64,000 bases of DNA from Candidatus Peregrinibacteria bacterium (GCA_016196225.1 JACPXZ010000031.1:359-64358), one strand, 5' to 3'; positions 27,090 to 36,544 are shown, counted from the first letter of the stretch. Numbers and translations: made by a program. The notes: a model not told the origin generated them from the sequence alone.

Positions 27090-28802
27090 CCGATTGATCA
27101 CCACGTTTTTCTCCTCATTCAACCTCTTCAAGTCCTGCATACTGAGCACATATCCCTTGCAATCGAGTTCTTGAGATTGGAAATAACGAGATTGCGGTAC
27201 ATAGCGCACAAAAAACTCATCACCCAACTGTAACTTGTGAAAACAAAGATCTCCTTCGATCTCCAAAACATCACACAAATGCACGGAATCACCTTTTAGG
27301 TCTACAGTCCGTTCAAATATGACCGGCGCTCTGTCGCTCTTCAACATGAGAAGTTTGCGGATCAATCCCTTGATCCTATACGCCATTCCGGTATGCCACC
27401 CAAAGAGCAACAAAAACAAGCGAAAGATGATAAATGTGAGAGGGGTGAAGATTTTATTACTCGGAACCCTATGAAGAGATCCGGAAACTGAAAAACCATT
27501 CCCATGCGGCTTAAATGTAAAATCCGGATCAATCCACTGCGAAGTAAGCACTTCTCCCTGCACTGTTTGTCCGATAATACCACAATCACTCAACAGCAAC
27601 TTTTCTCCGTTAAATACTTTCAGAACTCCCCCCTTCGCCGCGTTCGCGATAACATACGCGTCCCCCTTCTTCTGAACATAAAAACGCCCCTTAGGGAAAA
27701 CTTTTTGGAAGTCATCCCCCTCATAAGGAAGTTTTGCTTCTTTAACCCGCTCTCCGTAATCAATAAATGATTCGAGATGTTCCGGAATCCGATAGAGGAA
27801 GTACCGATCGGCCATGATTTCTGCCGGAACAATCTGCCCATCCCGCAGACTCTCGAGCATGCGATCTGCCACCCGCCCCGCGAGGGGCATCTCCGGCGCA
27901 AGGATCTCACATCCGTGCGGATAAAAGTGAAGCGTATTGCGACTCCCCATGCTCCCCGCATAGAACCCGTTAGGATACACAAAGTAACTTAAGAACTCGA
28001 TCGATTGTTGCATCACGATTTTTAATCGTTCATCATGATTCAATTTGTACACTTTCCCTAAAAAACTCACCGTCGCGGAGAGGTAACCAGGATCAGCGCC
28101 GTCATACTCGAGTGACCAACCTACGCGCTGCGCGCTTCGGTCGGCAGGCCAACCTGGACTCTGCGAAGCTTGCGCAGCAGAGCTAATCCCTTCTTCTATA
28201 TAGTGATATTTTAAAAATTCTGCCAGCTTCTTTTCATATCCCTCCAAAAGTTTCTCGTCTTTGAGAACATGATATGCGTAGTACACCGGTAGTACGGCCA
28301 TCGCATGATGGTTGGCAAGGACCCCATGCTCATCCCACTTGATGATGTAGTCTGCCGCTTTGCGGCAGGACAAGAAAAATTCATCTTTGAATCCATGAGG
28401 AAATTCTCTCCGATCCTCCAGCAACATATAACTCTTGAGCATCGCGTAGAGCAAAAATCCCGTCGGTCCCGTCCAGCCGTGCTCATTGGGATAGAACTCA
28501 TCAAAGGAACCGTCACGATGCTGGATCTTCGTCCAATATCGCATCCCCGCCAGAATCCACTCAAGAACCTTGGGCTGATCCTTGTATTGGTTATCCGGGA
28601 AGTCCTGCGTGTAAACAAGAGAGAGGGAAAGCACCCCAAACTGGGGCAGCGCATCGGGGAAGTCCACTGTCTTATCTAACCAGTATGTCCGCTTAAAGCA
28701 CCCGTATGTCGGCGAATAGGGATTGCGATCCAAAAGACTCAAAAGCCGCGGGATTTGGCTTAAAGCCTTATTGGCGTAGATATGACGGAGATCTACAGAC
28801 AT
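27081..28802 (-). CDS. hypothetical protein (possible alpha/alpha-toroid polysaccharide-modifying enzyme)
   Basis: 573-aa ORF with coherent protein-like composition. The DGSFDEFYPNEHGW segment is only suggestive, and I recognise no family with confidence. Confidence 0.55.
   Translation of the reverse strand: MSVDLRHIYANKALSQIPRLLSLLDRNPYSPTYGCFKRTYWLDKTVDFPDALPQFGVLSLSLVYTQDFPDNQYKDQPKVLEWILAGMRYWTKIQHRDGSFDEFYPNEHGWTGPTGFLLYAMLKSYMLLEDRREFPHGFKDEFFLSCRKAADYIIKWDEHGVLANHHAMAVLPVYYAYHVLKDEKLLEGYEKKLAEFLKYHYIEEGISSAAQASQSPGWPADRSAQRVGWSLEYDGADPGYLSATVSFLGKVYKLNHDERLKIVMQQSIEFLSYFVYPNGFYAGSMGSRNTLHFYPHGCEILAPEMPLAGRVADRMLESLRDGQIVPAEIMADRYFLYRIPEHLESFIDYGERVKEAKLPYEGDDFQKVFPKGRFYVQKKGDAYVIANAAKGGVLKVFNGEKLLLSDCGIIGQTVQGEVLTSQWIDPDFTFKPHGNGFSVSGSLHRVPSNKIFTPLTFIIFRLFLLLFGWHTGMAYRIKGLIRKLLMLKSDRAPVIFERTVDLKGDSVHLCDVLEIEGDLCFHKLQLGDEFFVRYVPQSRYFQSQELDCKGYVLSMQDLKRLNEEKNVVINRSF
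28128..28177. repeat. hairpin repeat inside a coding sequence
   Basis: CTGCGCGCTTCG ... CGAAGCTTGCGCAG arms. Read in frame as SSAAQASQSPGWPADRSAQRVG within the 573-aa protein. Confidence 0.45.
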
Positions 28803-28816
28803 ACGGAACTATTTTA

Positions 28817-28851
28817 CCCCCTCTCCCTAGCCCTCCCCCCATGGGGGAGGG
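28817..28851. repeat. GC-rich hairpin repeat in a divergent intergenic region
   Basis: CCCTCCCCC cat GGGGGAGGG (28831-28851), preceded by cccctctccctag. Confidence 0.7.
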
Positions 28852-28868
28852 AATGCTAGAATTCAGGC

Positions 28869-29744
28869 ATGTTTTCGCTCATTATCCCTGTTTTTAACGA
28901 AGCAGAGATTATCGAACGCACCGTCCGGGAAGCACACGATGTGTTGCAAAATACGGGTCCGTTCGAAGTTATCGTGATCAACGACGGGAGTACCGACCAA
29001 ACCGGCGAAATTCTGGCCCGCCTTCATCTTCCGTATCTCCGCATCATCAACCACCCATATAACAAAGGATATGGCGCCTCCATGAAGACCGGCATTCGGC
29101 ATTCGCAGGGGCAGTTGATCGGCACCGTTGACGCCGATGGAACGTATCCCATTAGAGAATTCCCCACACTGATCCAAAAACTGAACGCTACGCATGCCGA
29201 TATGATTGTCGGAGCGCGTGTTAAAAAAGGCGTCCAGATTCCTCTTGCTCGGCGTCCGGCCAAATGGTTGGTGAATCTCCTGGCCAACATCCTCACCGGT
29301 ATAAAAATACCCGATCTTAATTCGGGCATGCGTGTGTTTACGAGAGAACTCGGCGAGCGTTTTATGCATCTCTATCCGCAAAAATTTTCCTTCACCATCA
29401 CCATCACCCTCGCCGCGCTGACCAGTGATTATATCGTCATCTACCATCCGATCGATTACTTTAAACGAATCGGGAAAAGCACCCTCTCCTCCGGCATAAA
29501 CGGCATCAGGAATTTTGCAAACTTTCTCGGTCTTATTATCCGCATCGTCACGTACTTCCGCCCCCTCAAATTCTTCGCGTGGCCCAGTGCCGTTCTCATG
29601 ATTTTTGGTCTCACTACCATTGGATACACCCTCGCGACGATATCCAATATCTCGGACGCAGGCCTATTACTGCTCCTCACGGGAATACAAGTCGGGTTCT
29701 TTGGGCTGCTGGCAGACGTGGTCGTGAGAAATAAAAATAAATAG
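28869..29744 (+). CDS. GT2 polyprenol-phosphate glycosyltransferase (GtrB/DPM1-like, with C-terminal TM helices)
   Basis: LIIPVFNEAE, VINDGSTDQT, DADGTY, and two C-terminal hydrophobic helices. Confidence 0.9.
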   Translation: MFSLIIPVFNEAEIIERTVREAHDVLQNTGPFEVIVINDGSTDQTGEILARLHLPYLRIINHPYNKGYGASMKTGIRHSQGQLIGTVDADGTYPIREFPTLIQKLNATHADMIVGARVKKGVQIPLARRPAKWLVNLLANILTGIKIPDLNSGMRVFTRELGERFMHLYPQKFSFTITITLAALTSDYIVIYHPIDYFKRIGKSTLSSGINGIRNFANFLGLIIRIVTYFRPLKFFAWPSAVLMIFGLTTIGYTLATISNISDAGLLLLLTGIQVGFFGLLADVVVRNKNK

Positions 29745-29758
29745 GCTATCATTTCTCT

Positions 29759-30757
29759 ATGAGTAAGTTGAAAAACTTCGTTACCAACATTCTCCTTCTC
29801 CTCATAACGCTCGCCCTTACTCTTGGGATGACGGAATACGTATTTCGCCTCGTGAAGACGCCGGTTTCCGGTTGGGAGAAAAAACAGATCTTTCATCCTG
29901 ATCTCTTCACCATTGAAACACCCATGATCACATGGACCAAAAAAACGGATGAATTTGAAACAGTCATTCAAACAAATAGATCGGGATTTCGCGGGGCGCC
30001 CTTTCCAACCAAAACAGAACTCCTCTTTATCGGCGATTCGATGACCGCTGCACATCAGGTTGATGAAGAAAAAAGATTCCCTCGCTTACTTAATGGTGTT
30101 GCACTGGGAATGAACGGGGCAGATCCGATCCAAGAACTGCAGTTTTATCGCAAGATCGGAAGAGCACTGCATCCTAACGTTGTTATTCATCAGATCTTTC
30201 CGTTTAATGATATTATTGAACCAGGACCATCCTTCACGGTGCGGAATAATCGAATAAATACCATCATGCCTCAAAAACCCGACGAACCGATCTGCATGAA
30301 ATTTTGGCACATGAAAAGCTATTTCCTCATGCGACTCTGTGAATTTGTCCGGTATCACTACATAAAGGCCACTCTCTCCAAAGAACATAAAGAAAAGAAA
30401 TACGGCATTTTTGAAGGAAAAATCGATCTCGATCTCACATTCGTGACTCTCCAGACATTCAAAGAAGAAGTCGAAAAAGATGGAGGAATCTACATTGTTC
30501 TCATCATCCCATACCAAAAAGAGGTCGAGGGATCCGTCTCTCATGCTTTGTATAACAACATTCTGGAAAAGCTCAACGACTTTGCTGTTATTGACCCCCT
30601 GCCGACATTTCAGGAATCAAATGAAGGTATTTACTTTCCAAATGACGGACACCTCACGCAAGCCGGCCACAAGATTCTTGCGGATCTGATACGGCTTCGA
30701 CTGGGTAATATCTTGTATAATCCCGAGCAATTAAGTACTCTCAGCATCCATGAGTAA
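29759..30757 (+). CDS. SGNH/GDSL-like hydrolase with N-terminal membrane anchor
   Basis: N-terminal TM helix, block I LLFIGDSMT and block V NDGHLTQAGHKILA. Confidence 0.7.
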   Translation: MSKLKNFVTNILLLLITLALTLGMTEYVFRLVKTPVSGWEKKQIFHPDLFTIETPMITWTKKTDEFETVIQTNRSGFRGAPFPTKTELLFIGDSMTAAHQVDEEKRFPRLLNGVALGMNGADPIQELQFYRKIGRALHPNVVIHQIFPFNDIIEPGPSFTVRNNRINTIMPQKPDEPICMKFWHMKSYFLMRLCEFVRYHYIKATLSKEHKEKKYGIFEGKIDLDLTFVTLQTFKEEVEKDGGIYIVLIIPYQKEVEGSVSHALYNNILEKLNDFAVIDPLPTFQESNEGIYFPNDGHLTQAGHKILADLIRLRLGNILYNPEQLSTLSIHE

Positions 30758-30908
30758 ATTATCCATCTTCACTGAGCTCTGGGCGTTTATGCGCATCCGT
30801 AAGAAGTGGTGGCTCCTTCCGCTCATCATCATGATCGCACTTCTCGGATTAGTCTTGATATTCGCTCAAGGATCACCCCTTGCACCGTTTATATACACAG
30901 TTTTTTGA
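30750..30908 (+). CDS. DUF5989 family small membrane protein
   Basis: 52 aa, found by hand because it is below the ORF-track cutoff: MSKLSIFTELWAFMRIRKKWWLLPLIIMIALLGLVLIFAQGSPLAPFIYTVF. This closely follows the DUF5989 pattern found next to carbamoyltransferases. Confidence 0.7.
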   Translation: MSKLSIFTELWAFMRIRKKWWLLPLIIMIALLGLVLIFAQGSPLAPFIYTVF

Positions 30909-30909
30909 C

Positions 30910-31140
30910 ATGAACATCCCCCCACCAATCAGTTGGCTCTGGGCAATGTGGAAACGCTTTGCGGAAGCCCTCGGGCGCGTGATGAGTTGGATTATTTTGA
31001 GTATCCTTTGGATCGTGGGATTTGGCATATATGCAATCGTTCTTAAAACGATGAACACCTTTAAATCGCAACAGAAACCGATTTCCTATTGGGTTGATCC
31101 TCCACAAGATTTTCCCAACTCCATGAAGTACCAGTTTTAA
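30910..31140 (+). CDS. SxtJ-like small membrane protein (short form)
   Basis: 76 aa from ATG 30910. W..W.RFAEALGRV.S.IILSI...G.YA...K...SYW...MKYQF resembles the C-terminal half of SxtJ proteins. Confidence 0.55.
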   Translation: MNIPPPISWLWAMWKRFAEALGRVMSWIILSILWIVGFGIYAIVLKTMNTFKSQQKPISYWVDPPQDFPNSMKYQF

Positions 31141-32913
31141 ATGAACGACAAGCCTATCTATATCCTCGGCATCTCCTGCTACTACCACGACTCCGCGGCT
31201 GTCTTGCTGAAAGATGGGGAAATCCTTTTTGCCTCGCATGAAGAACGGTACACCCGCAAAAAGCATGACGATGCGTTCCCGATCAATGCCATTCAACACG
31301 CGCTCGCATTTGCCAACATTACGATCGATGATGTCTCGGCAATTGGCTTCTACGAAAAACCATTCCTCAAATTTTTTGATCGGATCCTCATGACATTTAT
31401 CAAGGTCTGGCCAAAGGGACTGCGCCAATACCACCTCGCCATGCAGGAGTGGATGATGAAAAAACTCTGGATCCCGCACCACATCCAAAAGAAGCTCAAC
31501 TATAAAGGACCTGTTTACTTCGCGCAGCATCACGAATCCCATGCGGCATCCGCCTATCACTGTTCTGGTTTTCCTAATGCCACCATTGTTACCGTTGATG
31601 GGGTAGGAGAATGGGCAACAACAACAATCGGCCATGGCAATGGGAACGATTTTAAATTAGTCAAGGAATTGCATTATCCCCATTCTCTCGGACTCCTCTA
31701 CTCCGCTCTTACCTACTACCTCGGATTTAAGGTGAATAGCGCGGAATACAAAGTCATGGGTCTCGCCCCGTATGGACAACCGCGCTATATGAAGGAGATG
31801 CATACACTCATTGATATCAAAGAGGATGGGAGCTTTCGCCTGAACATGGAGTATTTCACCTTTGAACACGGACTCACGATGACCGGCCATAGGTTCGAGG
31901 AGCTCTTCGGTCGCCCGCGCCGGTCATCAGAAGGACCACTCGAACTCTTCCATAAAGATATCGCGAGATCCATCCAAGAACTCACCAATGAGCTCATGCT
32001 CAAGATCTGCGTGCATGCCAAAAAAATCTGTCCATCCGATTATCTCTGTCTTGCAGGAGGGGTTGCGCTCAACTGCGTTGCCAACGGTAAAATCCTAAAA
32101 TCGGGCCTTTTTAAAGAAATCTTTATTCAACCGGCAGCCGGAGATGCGGGAGGAGCACTCGGAGTCGCACTGGCCATTTGGCACAAACAATACAACGGAC
32201 AGCAGGCAGCAGAACGAATGAATCACGTCTTCCTCGGATCCGAGTATCCTCATACCGAAATCAAAAAGCTCCTCCGTGAAGAAGGAATGCCCTTTGATGA
32301 AATGGGTGAAACGGAGCTCACCAATGAGGTAGCGAAACTGCTCGAGGGCGATAACGTAATCGGCTGGTACCAAGGGCGATCCGAATTCGGCCCCCGCTCC
32401 CTCGGCAATCGCAGCATCATCGCCGATGCAAGGAATCGCGAAAACTGGAAGAAGGTCAATCTCAAGATCAAATTCCGCGAGTCCTTCCGGCCCTTCGCTC
32501 CCACTGTATTGGAAGAAAAAGCATCGCAGTGGTTTGATCTGGATCGTGAAAGCCCTTACATGCTCCTTGTTGCCGATGTTCATCCCGATAAACGTGAAAA
32601 GATTCCAGCCGTGACGCACGTCGACGGTTCTGCCCGCATCCAGACCATTCGTCGGGATCAAAATCCAAAATACTATGACCTTATCAAAGCTTTTGAACAA
32701 AAGACGGGATGTCCGGTTATCATCAATACATCGTTTAATGTCCGTGGAGAACCCATTGTCGAGACCCCCCGTGACGCTCTCAACTGCTTCCTCCACACCC
32801 AAATGGATTATCTCGTGATGGGGAACACTCTCCTCTCCAAGAAAAAAATCCTTGGGATTTTGAATGTAGAAAAGTCACACAAAGATTATTTGGCAAAGTT
32901 TGAACTCGACTAA
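31141..32913 (+). CDS. carbamoyltransferase (NodU/CmcH/TobZ family)
   Basis: ILGISCYYHDSAAVLLKDGEILFASHEERYTRKKHD, and the C-terminal INTSFNVRGEPIV. Confidence 0.9.
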   Translation: MNDKPIYILGISCYYHDSAAVLLKDGEILFASHEERYTRKKHDDAFPINAIQHALAFANITIDDVSAIGFYEKPFLKFFDRILMTFIKVWPKGLRQYHLAMQEWMMKKLWIPHHIQKKLNYKGPVYFAQHHESHAASAYHCSGFPNATIVTVDGVGEWATTTIGHGNGNDFKLVKELHYPHSLGLLYSALTYYLGFKVNSAEYKVMGLAPYGQPRYMKEMHTLIDIKEDGSFRLNMEYFTFEHGLTMTGHRFEELFGRPRRSSEGPLELFHKDIARSIQELTNELMLKICVHAKKICPSDYLCLAGGVALNCVANGKILKSGLFKEIFIQPAAGDAGGALGVALAIWHKQYNGQQAAERMNHVFLGSEYPHTEIKKLLREEGMPFDEMGETELTNEVAKLLEGDNVIGWYQGRSEFGPRSLGNRSIIADARNRENWKKVNLKIKFRESFRPFAPTVLEEKASQWFDLDRESPYMLLVADVHPDKREKIPAVTHVDGSARIQTIRRDQNPKYYDLIKAFEQKTGCPVIINTSFNVRGEPIVETPRDALNCFLHTQMDYLVMGNTLLSKKKILGILNVEKSHKDYLAKFELD

Positions 32914-33836
32914 TGAATATTTCTTCTCTCCTGGAGCGCCCCCTCAATCAATCCGACGGTATTCTCCGTCTCCTTGAGCAAACAAAAATCACGGAGGAAG
33001 AACATATCCGCCAGAGAATGCAGGCCTTTTACGAAGAACATACCTTCCCCGGTTATGACGGGATCGATAGTCCCTCTGTCCTCATGGACAAGGCAGGAAA
33101 GAGCGGATTTGGAAAATGGGTGGATGAGGCAATTTCTCCATTTGCAACCGTGCTGGAAGTCGGCTGCGGGACAGGTCAAATGACCAACTTCCTTGGTCTC
33201 GTCTCCACACGGACCGTGATTGGGACGGATCAAAGTATTGCCTCCCTCACCCTTGGACAGAGCTTTAAAGAACAATTTGGATTGCAGAATGTTCACTTTG
33301 TACAAGCCAATATTTTCGCGATGCCCTTCAAACCAAATTCCATGGACATTCTTATTTGTTCGGGCGTCTTGCACCATACTCCCAATCCAAAAAAAGGTTT
33401 TGAGGAACTCCTTAAGCTTGTAAAACCCGGCGGAAAGATACTCATTGGCCTCTATAACACCTATGCCCGGATCCCAACGGGAATCCGAAAATCCATATTT
33501 TCTTGTACGGGGAAGACTTTTCGATTCCTTGACTCTCACATGCGTCGACGGGACGTGGATCAATCCAAAAAAGAAATATGGTTCGCCGACCAATACAAAA
33601 ATCCTCATGAGTCCTGGCATAGCGTGGATGAGGTACTCCAATGGTTTGATGAGAAAAATGTAAAATTCTTGAGCGGTGTTCCTTCTCCTTCGGGCAGTAC
33701 CCATGGCCAATTGTTCAACGAACATCCCCGTGGATCGACCTTCGAACATATCCTCAAACAACTTGGCTGGATGTTCACTATTGGGCGGGAGGGAGGCCTC
33801 TTTGTGATGGTTGGGGAGAAAAAAATGCCTGCCTGA
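32913..33836 (+). CDS. class I SAM-dependent methyltransferase
   Basis: TAATG overlap with the carbamoyltransferase gene. Contains VLEVGCGTGQMT, ICSGVLHH, VKPGGKILI. Confidence 0.85.
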   Translation: MNISSLLERPLNQSDGILRLLEQTKITEEEHIRQRMQAFYEEHTFPGYDGIDSPSVLMDKAGKSGFGKWVDEAISPFATVLEVGCGTGQMTNFLGLVSTRTVIGTDQSIASLTLGQSFKEQFGLQNVHFVQANIFAMPFKPNSMDILICSGVLHHTPNPKKGFEELLKLVKPGGKILIGLYNTYARIPTGIRKSIFSCTGKTFRFLDSHMRRRDVDQSKKEIWFADQYKNPHESWHSVDEVLQWFDEKNVKFLSGVPSPSGSTHGQLFNEHPRGSTFEHILKQLGWMFTIGREGGLFVMVGEKKMPA

Positions 33837-33880
33837 ATACATATTGTTCTTTTTGGAAACAATTTTTCCTCCTTTCTTTT

Positions 33881-34153
33881 GCCACTTTTGTCCGGCAACA
33901 AAAGTGGCGCAAAAATGCCGGCGCGCCAGAGCTGACTCCGCCCGCCCTGCGGTCTCCTCACCAGACCCTCCAAGGATTCGGGTCTGGTTCGTCGACACGA
34001 AAAGCAGGGCTTCCCCTTCACCCCCTGTGGCGCGCCAACCCCCCCTCCATCTTTCCTCGCTCCCCTGATTGTGAGCTGTTTCAGCCTCTCCCAATAACCC
34101 CTCTCCCGGCGGGAGAGGGTTGGGTGAGGGGGTCAGATTGATATAAAATCTGA
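33881..34153. repeat. cluster of hairpins and nested inverted repeats in a 323-nt intergenic gap
   Basis: Hairpins: GCCACTTTTG/CAAAAGTGGC (33881-33908), CCCTCTCCC ggc GGGAGAGGG (34098-34118) and GTCAGATT/AATCTGAC (34131-34153). Nested pairs: GGCGCGCC (33920, 34029), GCCCTGC/GCAGGGC (33944, 34004) and ACCAGACCC/GGGTCTGGT (33960, 33980). Confidence 0.75.
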
Positions 34154-34159
34154 CAGAAC

Positions 34160-35188
34160 ATGCGAAATCTCTCTATCAATCTTTTACTGCTTATAACGAC
34201 AGTTATCCTCTTTTTTGGAGGGATCGAAGTCGCTTTGCGCGTGACTGGTCTCCAAACCACAAAACCAAACCCCCCGAAGATTTTTCAAAAAAGTCCGCAC
34301 CCAGACATCAGTTACGAACTGATCCCCAATATCAAAGAAAAGGCGTATCGCTCCATTATTTCCACGAATAGCTTAGGATTTCGCGGACCGGAGATCGATC
34401 CCCAAAAACCACTGATCGCGGTATTGGGGGATTCGATCACCTTTGGATATGGACTTGAAGACCACGAAACCATTCCTGCGCGCCTTCAAAACCTTCTCCC
34501 TGAATGGAGTATTCTGAATACCGCTGCGCCCGGATACGACCTCACGGTACAAACAGCAATCTATAGGGAAAAACTCAAATCCCTTGAGCCACACATACTC
34601 ATCCTTATTTTTCATCCAAACGACGTAGAAGGCATCGGTGTCGGGTTCCTCGATAATGATGGAATCATTCGTTCGCAAGGCTGGACTCCATCAGCCCCCC
34701 AATGTGACCCCATCGATCATGGATTACTCGGATACCTCCCCGGTCGATGTTTTCTGGATATTCACAGCACCTTCTACAAGGTAGTCAAAAAAGTCGTGAA
34801 TTCACGCTTTCGGCAGAAACAACTTATCCAGATGCAGGAAGAGTCTAAACAACATCCCGAAGAAGATGACATTACCGATGTCCAAATCAAGAGCTATGCC
34901 GACGACCTTGCACGGTTGCATCAAATCCTCCCGCAATCCCTCCCCCGCCTCTTTATCATCTGGCCCGATCGACGTCTCCATGCGATTGCCCGTCCCAAAA
35001 TCATCCAGATCGTAAAAAAATATGGATTTGAAGTCCTCGATCTCTATGACGTGTTCGGCAATGCCGCCCCTACCCTCTCGTGGGATACTGTCCACCCCAA
35101 CGCAGAGACTGCTAAAAGAGGGGCGGAGGAGATATGGAGATTTATTCAAGAACATAAACTACTACCCCTCCCGACGGGAGGGGACTAA
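34160..35188 (+). CDS. SGNH/GDSL-like hydrolase with N-terminal membrane anchor
   Basis: N-terminal TM helix, block I IAVLGDSITFGYG and block V WDTVHPNAETAKRGA. The last codons and the stop lie in repeat DNA. Confidence 0.75.
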   Translation: MRNLSINLLLLITTVILFFGGIEVALRVTGLQTTKPNPPKIFQKSPHPDISYELIPNIKEKAYRSIISTNSLGFRGPEIDPQKPLIAVLGDSITFGYGLEDHETIPARLQNLLPEWSILNTAAPGYDLTVQTAIYREKLKSLEPHILILIFHPNDVEGIGVGFLDNDGIIRSQGWTPSAPQCDPIDHGLLGYLPGRCFLDIHSTFYKVVKKVVNSRFRQKQLIQMQEESKQHPEEDDITDVQIKSYADDLARLHQILPQSLPRLFIIWPDRRLHAIARPKIIQIVKKYGFEVLDLYDVFGNAAPTLSWDTVHPNAETAKRGAEEIWRFIQEHKLLPLPTGGD

Positions 35189-35345
35189 GGGGAGAGGCAC
35201 CCCTCCCTGGAGGGAGGGGAAGGGCACATCGGTCGCGACCGATGTGCCAGGGGAGGGGGTAAGATGCATTCGTTTGTATTGCAGGCCAAACGGACCCCCC
35301 CCCTCCTTCATCCTCCCCCTCAAGGGGGAGGTGCCCCCGCCGGGA
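35165..35345. repeat. array of GC-rich hairpins plus a 26-nt perfect palindrome between convergent genes
   Basis: Hairpins: CCCCTCCC gac GGGAGGGG (35165-35183), CCCCTCCC tgga GGGAGGGG (35200-35219) and CCTCCCCC tcaa GGGGGAGG (35312-35331). GGCACATCGGTCGCGACCGATGTGCC (35223-35248) is a perfect palindrome. A C9 run lies at 35295-35303. Confidence 0.85.
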
Positions 35346-36513
35346 GAGGGAAATGAGACAAAATTCTTTTCATCCTCTCCTTCCAATCAAATCGCTTCAC
35401 GTGCTCTTTTCCTCTTTGCGCTTTCCTCTGTGCTTCTTCAGGGTGATTGAGAACCCATTCGATGGCATCCGCCATCGATCGTGGATCTCCTGCTTTACAA
35501 AAGGTCACCATGCTTTCATCGACGGTATCACGAATGGGAGGAATGTCCGAACAGACAACCGGTTTCCCTGCCGCTAAATATTCAAACAACTTCAAAGGTG
35601 ATGTATCCCGCATAAAATATGCATGTTTTTCCGCATCTCTAGGCGCCGGATAGACACAAACATCGCATGCGGCAATGGTATGAGAAACACGACTACTGAG
35701 GATCTGCCCCTCAAAACGAACATCATCTTGTGTTAATCCCAATTTTTGTGCTTGTCGTTTGTATTCACCAATATACGCATCGGGGCCTCCAACAATCCAC
35801 CCAAAAAATTTTGCTTCTCCGCGCTTAATAATCGCTAATGCTTGTACCAATTCCCGCATACCTTTTTCAATAATACTACGTGTCACAAGCGACCCCACAT
35901 ACCCAATAACCCATCGATTCGATGGAACATCGAACTCTGATTTGGAGACCTCTGTTTCGGGCAAACTTGCAAATCGATCCAGATCCACCCCATCGGGTTC
36001 TACCATTGTTTTTTTTGCATCAACTCCCCACCGAACTATTGCATCCCGCATCATGCTCGTTAAACAAATAATCTTTGTACATTGATTGCAATACTTTACA
36101 AACGTCTTGCGATTCATCCGTGGCAACGTATGCAGTTCCATATGTACTGATGTACCGGTACGTAGTAACTCTCCTACGACTTCCCATGAGCGACAATAGA
36201 AGAGATCTGCTTCATGCGTTTTTAAGAATGTTCGAAGAACCCTCCGGTACGACCACATCGAAATTGCAAATGCAAAATACCCGGGGATCCACCATTTTTG
36301 GAGCGCATCAAGACTGTTCAATCGTTTCACAGTGAAAGGAGCGGATACACCGTAATATCTACAGGGATCACCTTGTACTTGTGTCCAGACATTTGGATGA
36401 ACCAGAGTCACTTCGTGTCCCAACTGCCGCATTGCCGCACATACTTGTGCAATTTGATGCCCATGGGCTTTTTCGGTCGGGAACCGGGTATGCGTAACGT
36501 AGGTAATGCGCAT
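35320..36513 (-). CDS. GT4 family glycosyltransferase
   Basis: MRITYVTHTRFPTEKAHG start, and the C-terminal SPLKLFEYLAAGKPVV region. The stop codon lies in a hairpin loop. Confidence 0.9.
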   Translation of the reverse strand: MRITYVTHTRFPTEKAHGHQIAQVCAAMRQLGHEVTLVHPNVWTQVQGDPCRYYGVSAPFTVKRLNSLDALQKWWIPGYFAFAISMWSYRRVLRTFLKTHEADLFYCRSWEVVGELLRTGTSVHMELHTLPRMNRKTFVKYCNQCTKIICLTSMMRDAIVRWGVDAKKTMVEPDGVDLDRFASLPETEVSKSEFDVPSNRWVIGYVGSLVTRSIIEKGMRELVQALAIIKRGEAKFFGWIVGGPDAYIGEYKRQAQKLGLTQDDVRFEGQILSSRVSHTIAACDVCVYPAPRDAEKHAYFMRDTSPLKLFEYLAAGKPVVCSDIPPIRDTVDESMVTFCKAGDPRSMADAIEWVLNHPEEAQRKAQRGKEHVKRFDWKERMKRILSHFPLPAGAPPP

Positions 36514-36544
36514 GGATATAGCCTACAGTATGATGCTCTTACAT

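Noticed and set aside
33881-33908. Perfect 10-bp hairpin after the methyltransferase gene, read as an intrinsic terminator
   Set aside because: No U-tract follows on either strand, so it is kept only as part of the repeat cluster.
32910-34094. 394-aa minus-strand ORF
   Set aside because: It is antisense to a well-supported methyltransferase (VLEVGCGTGQMT) and runs through repeat DNA. Its sequence is low-complexity and Gly/Arg-rich with no recognisable motifs.
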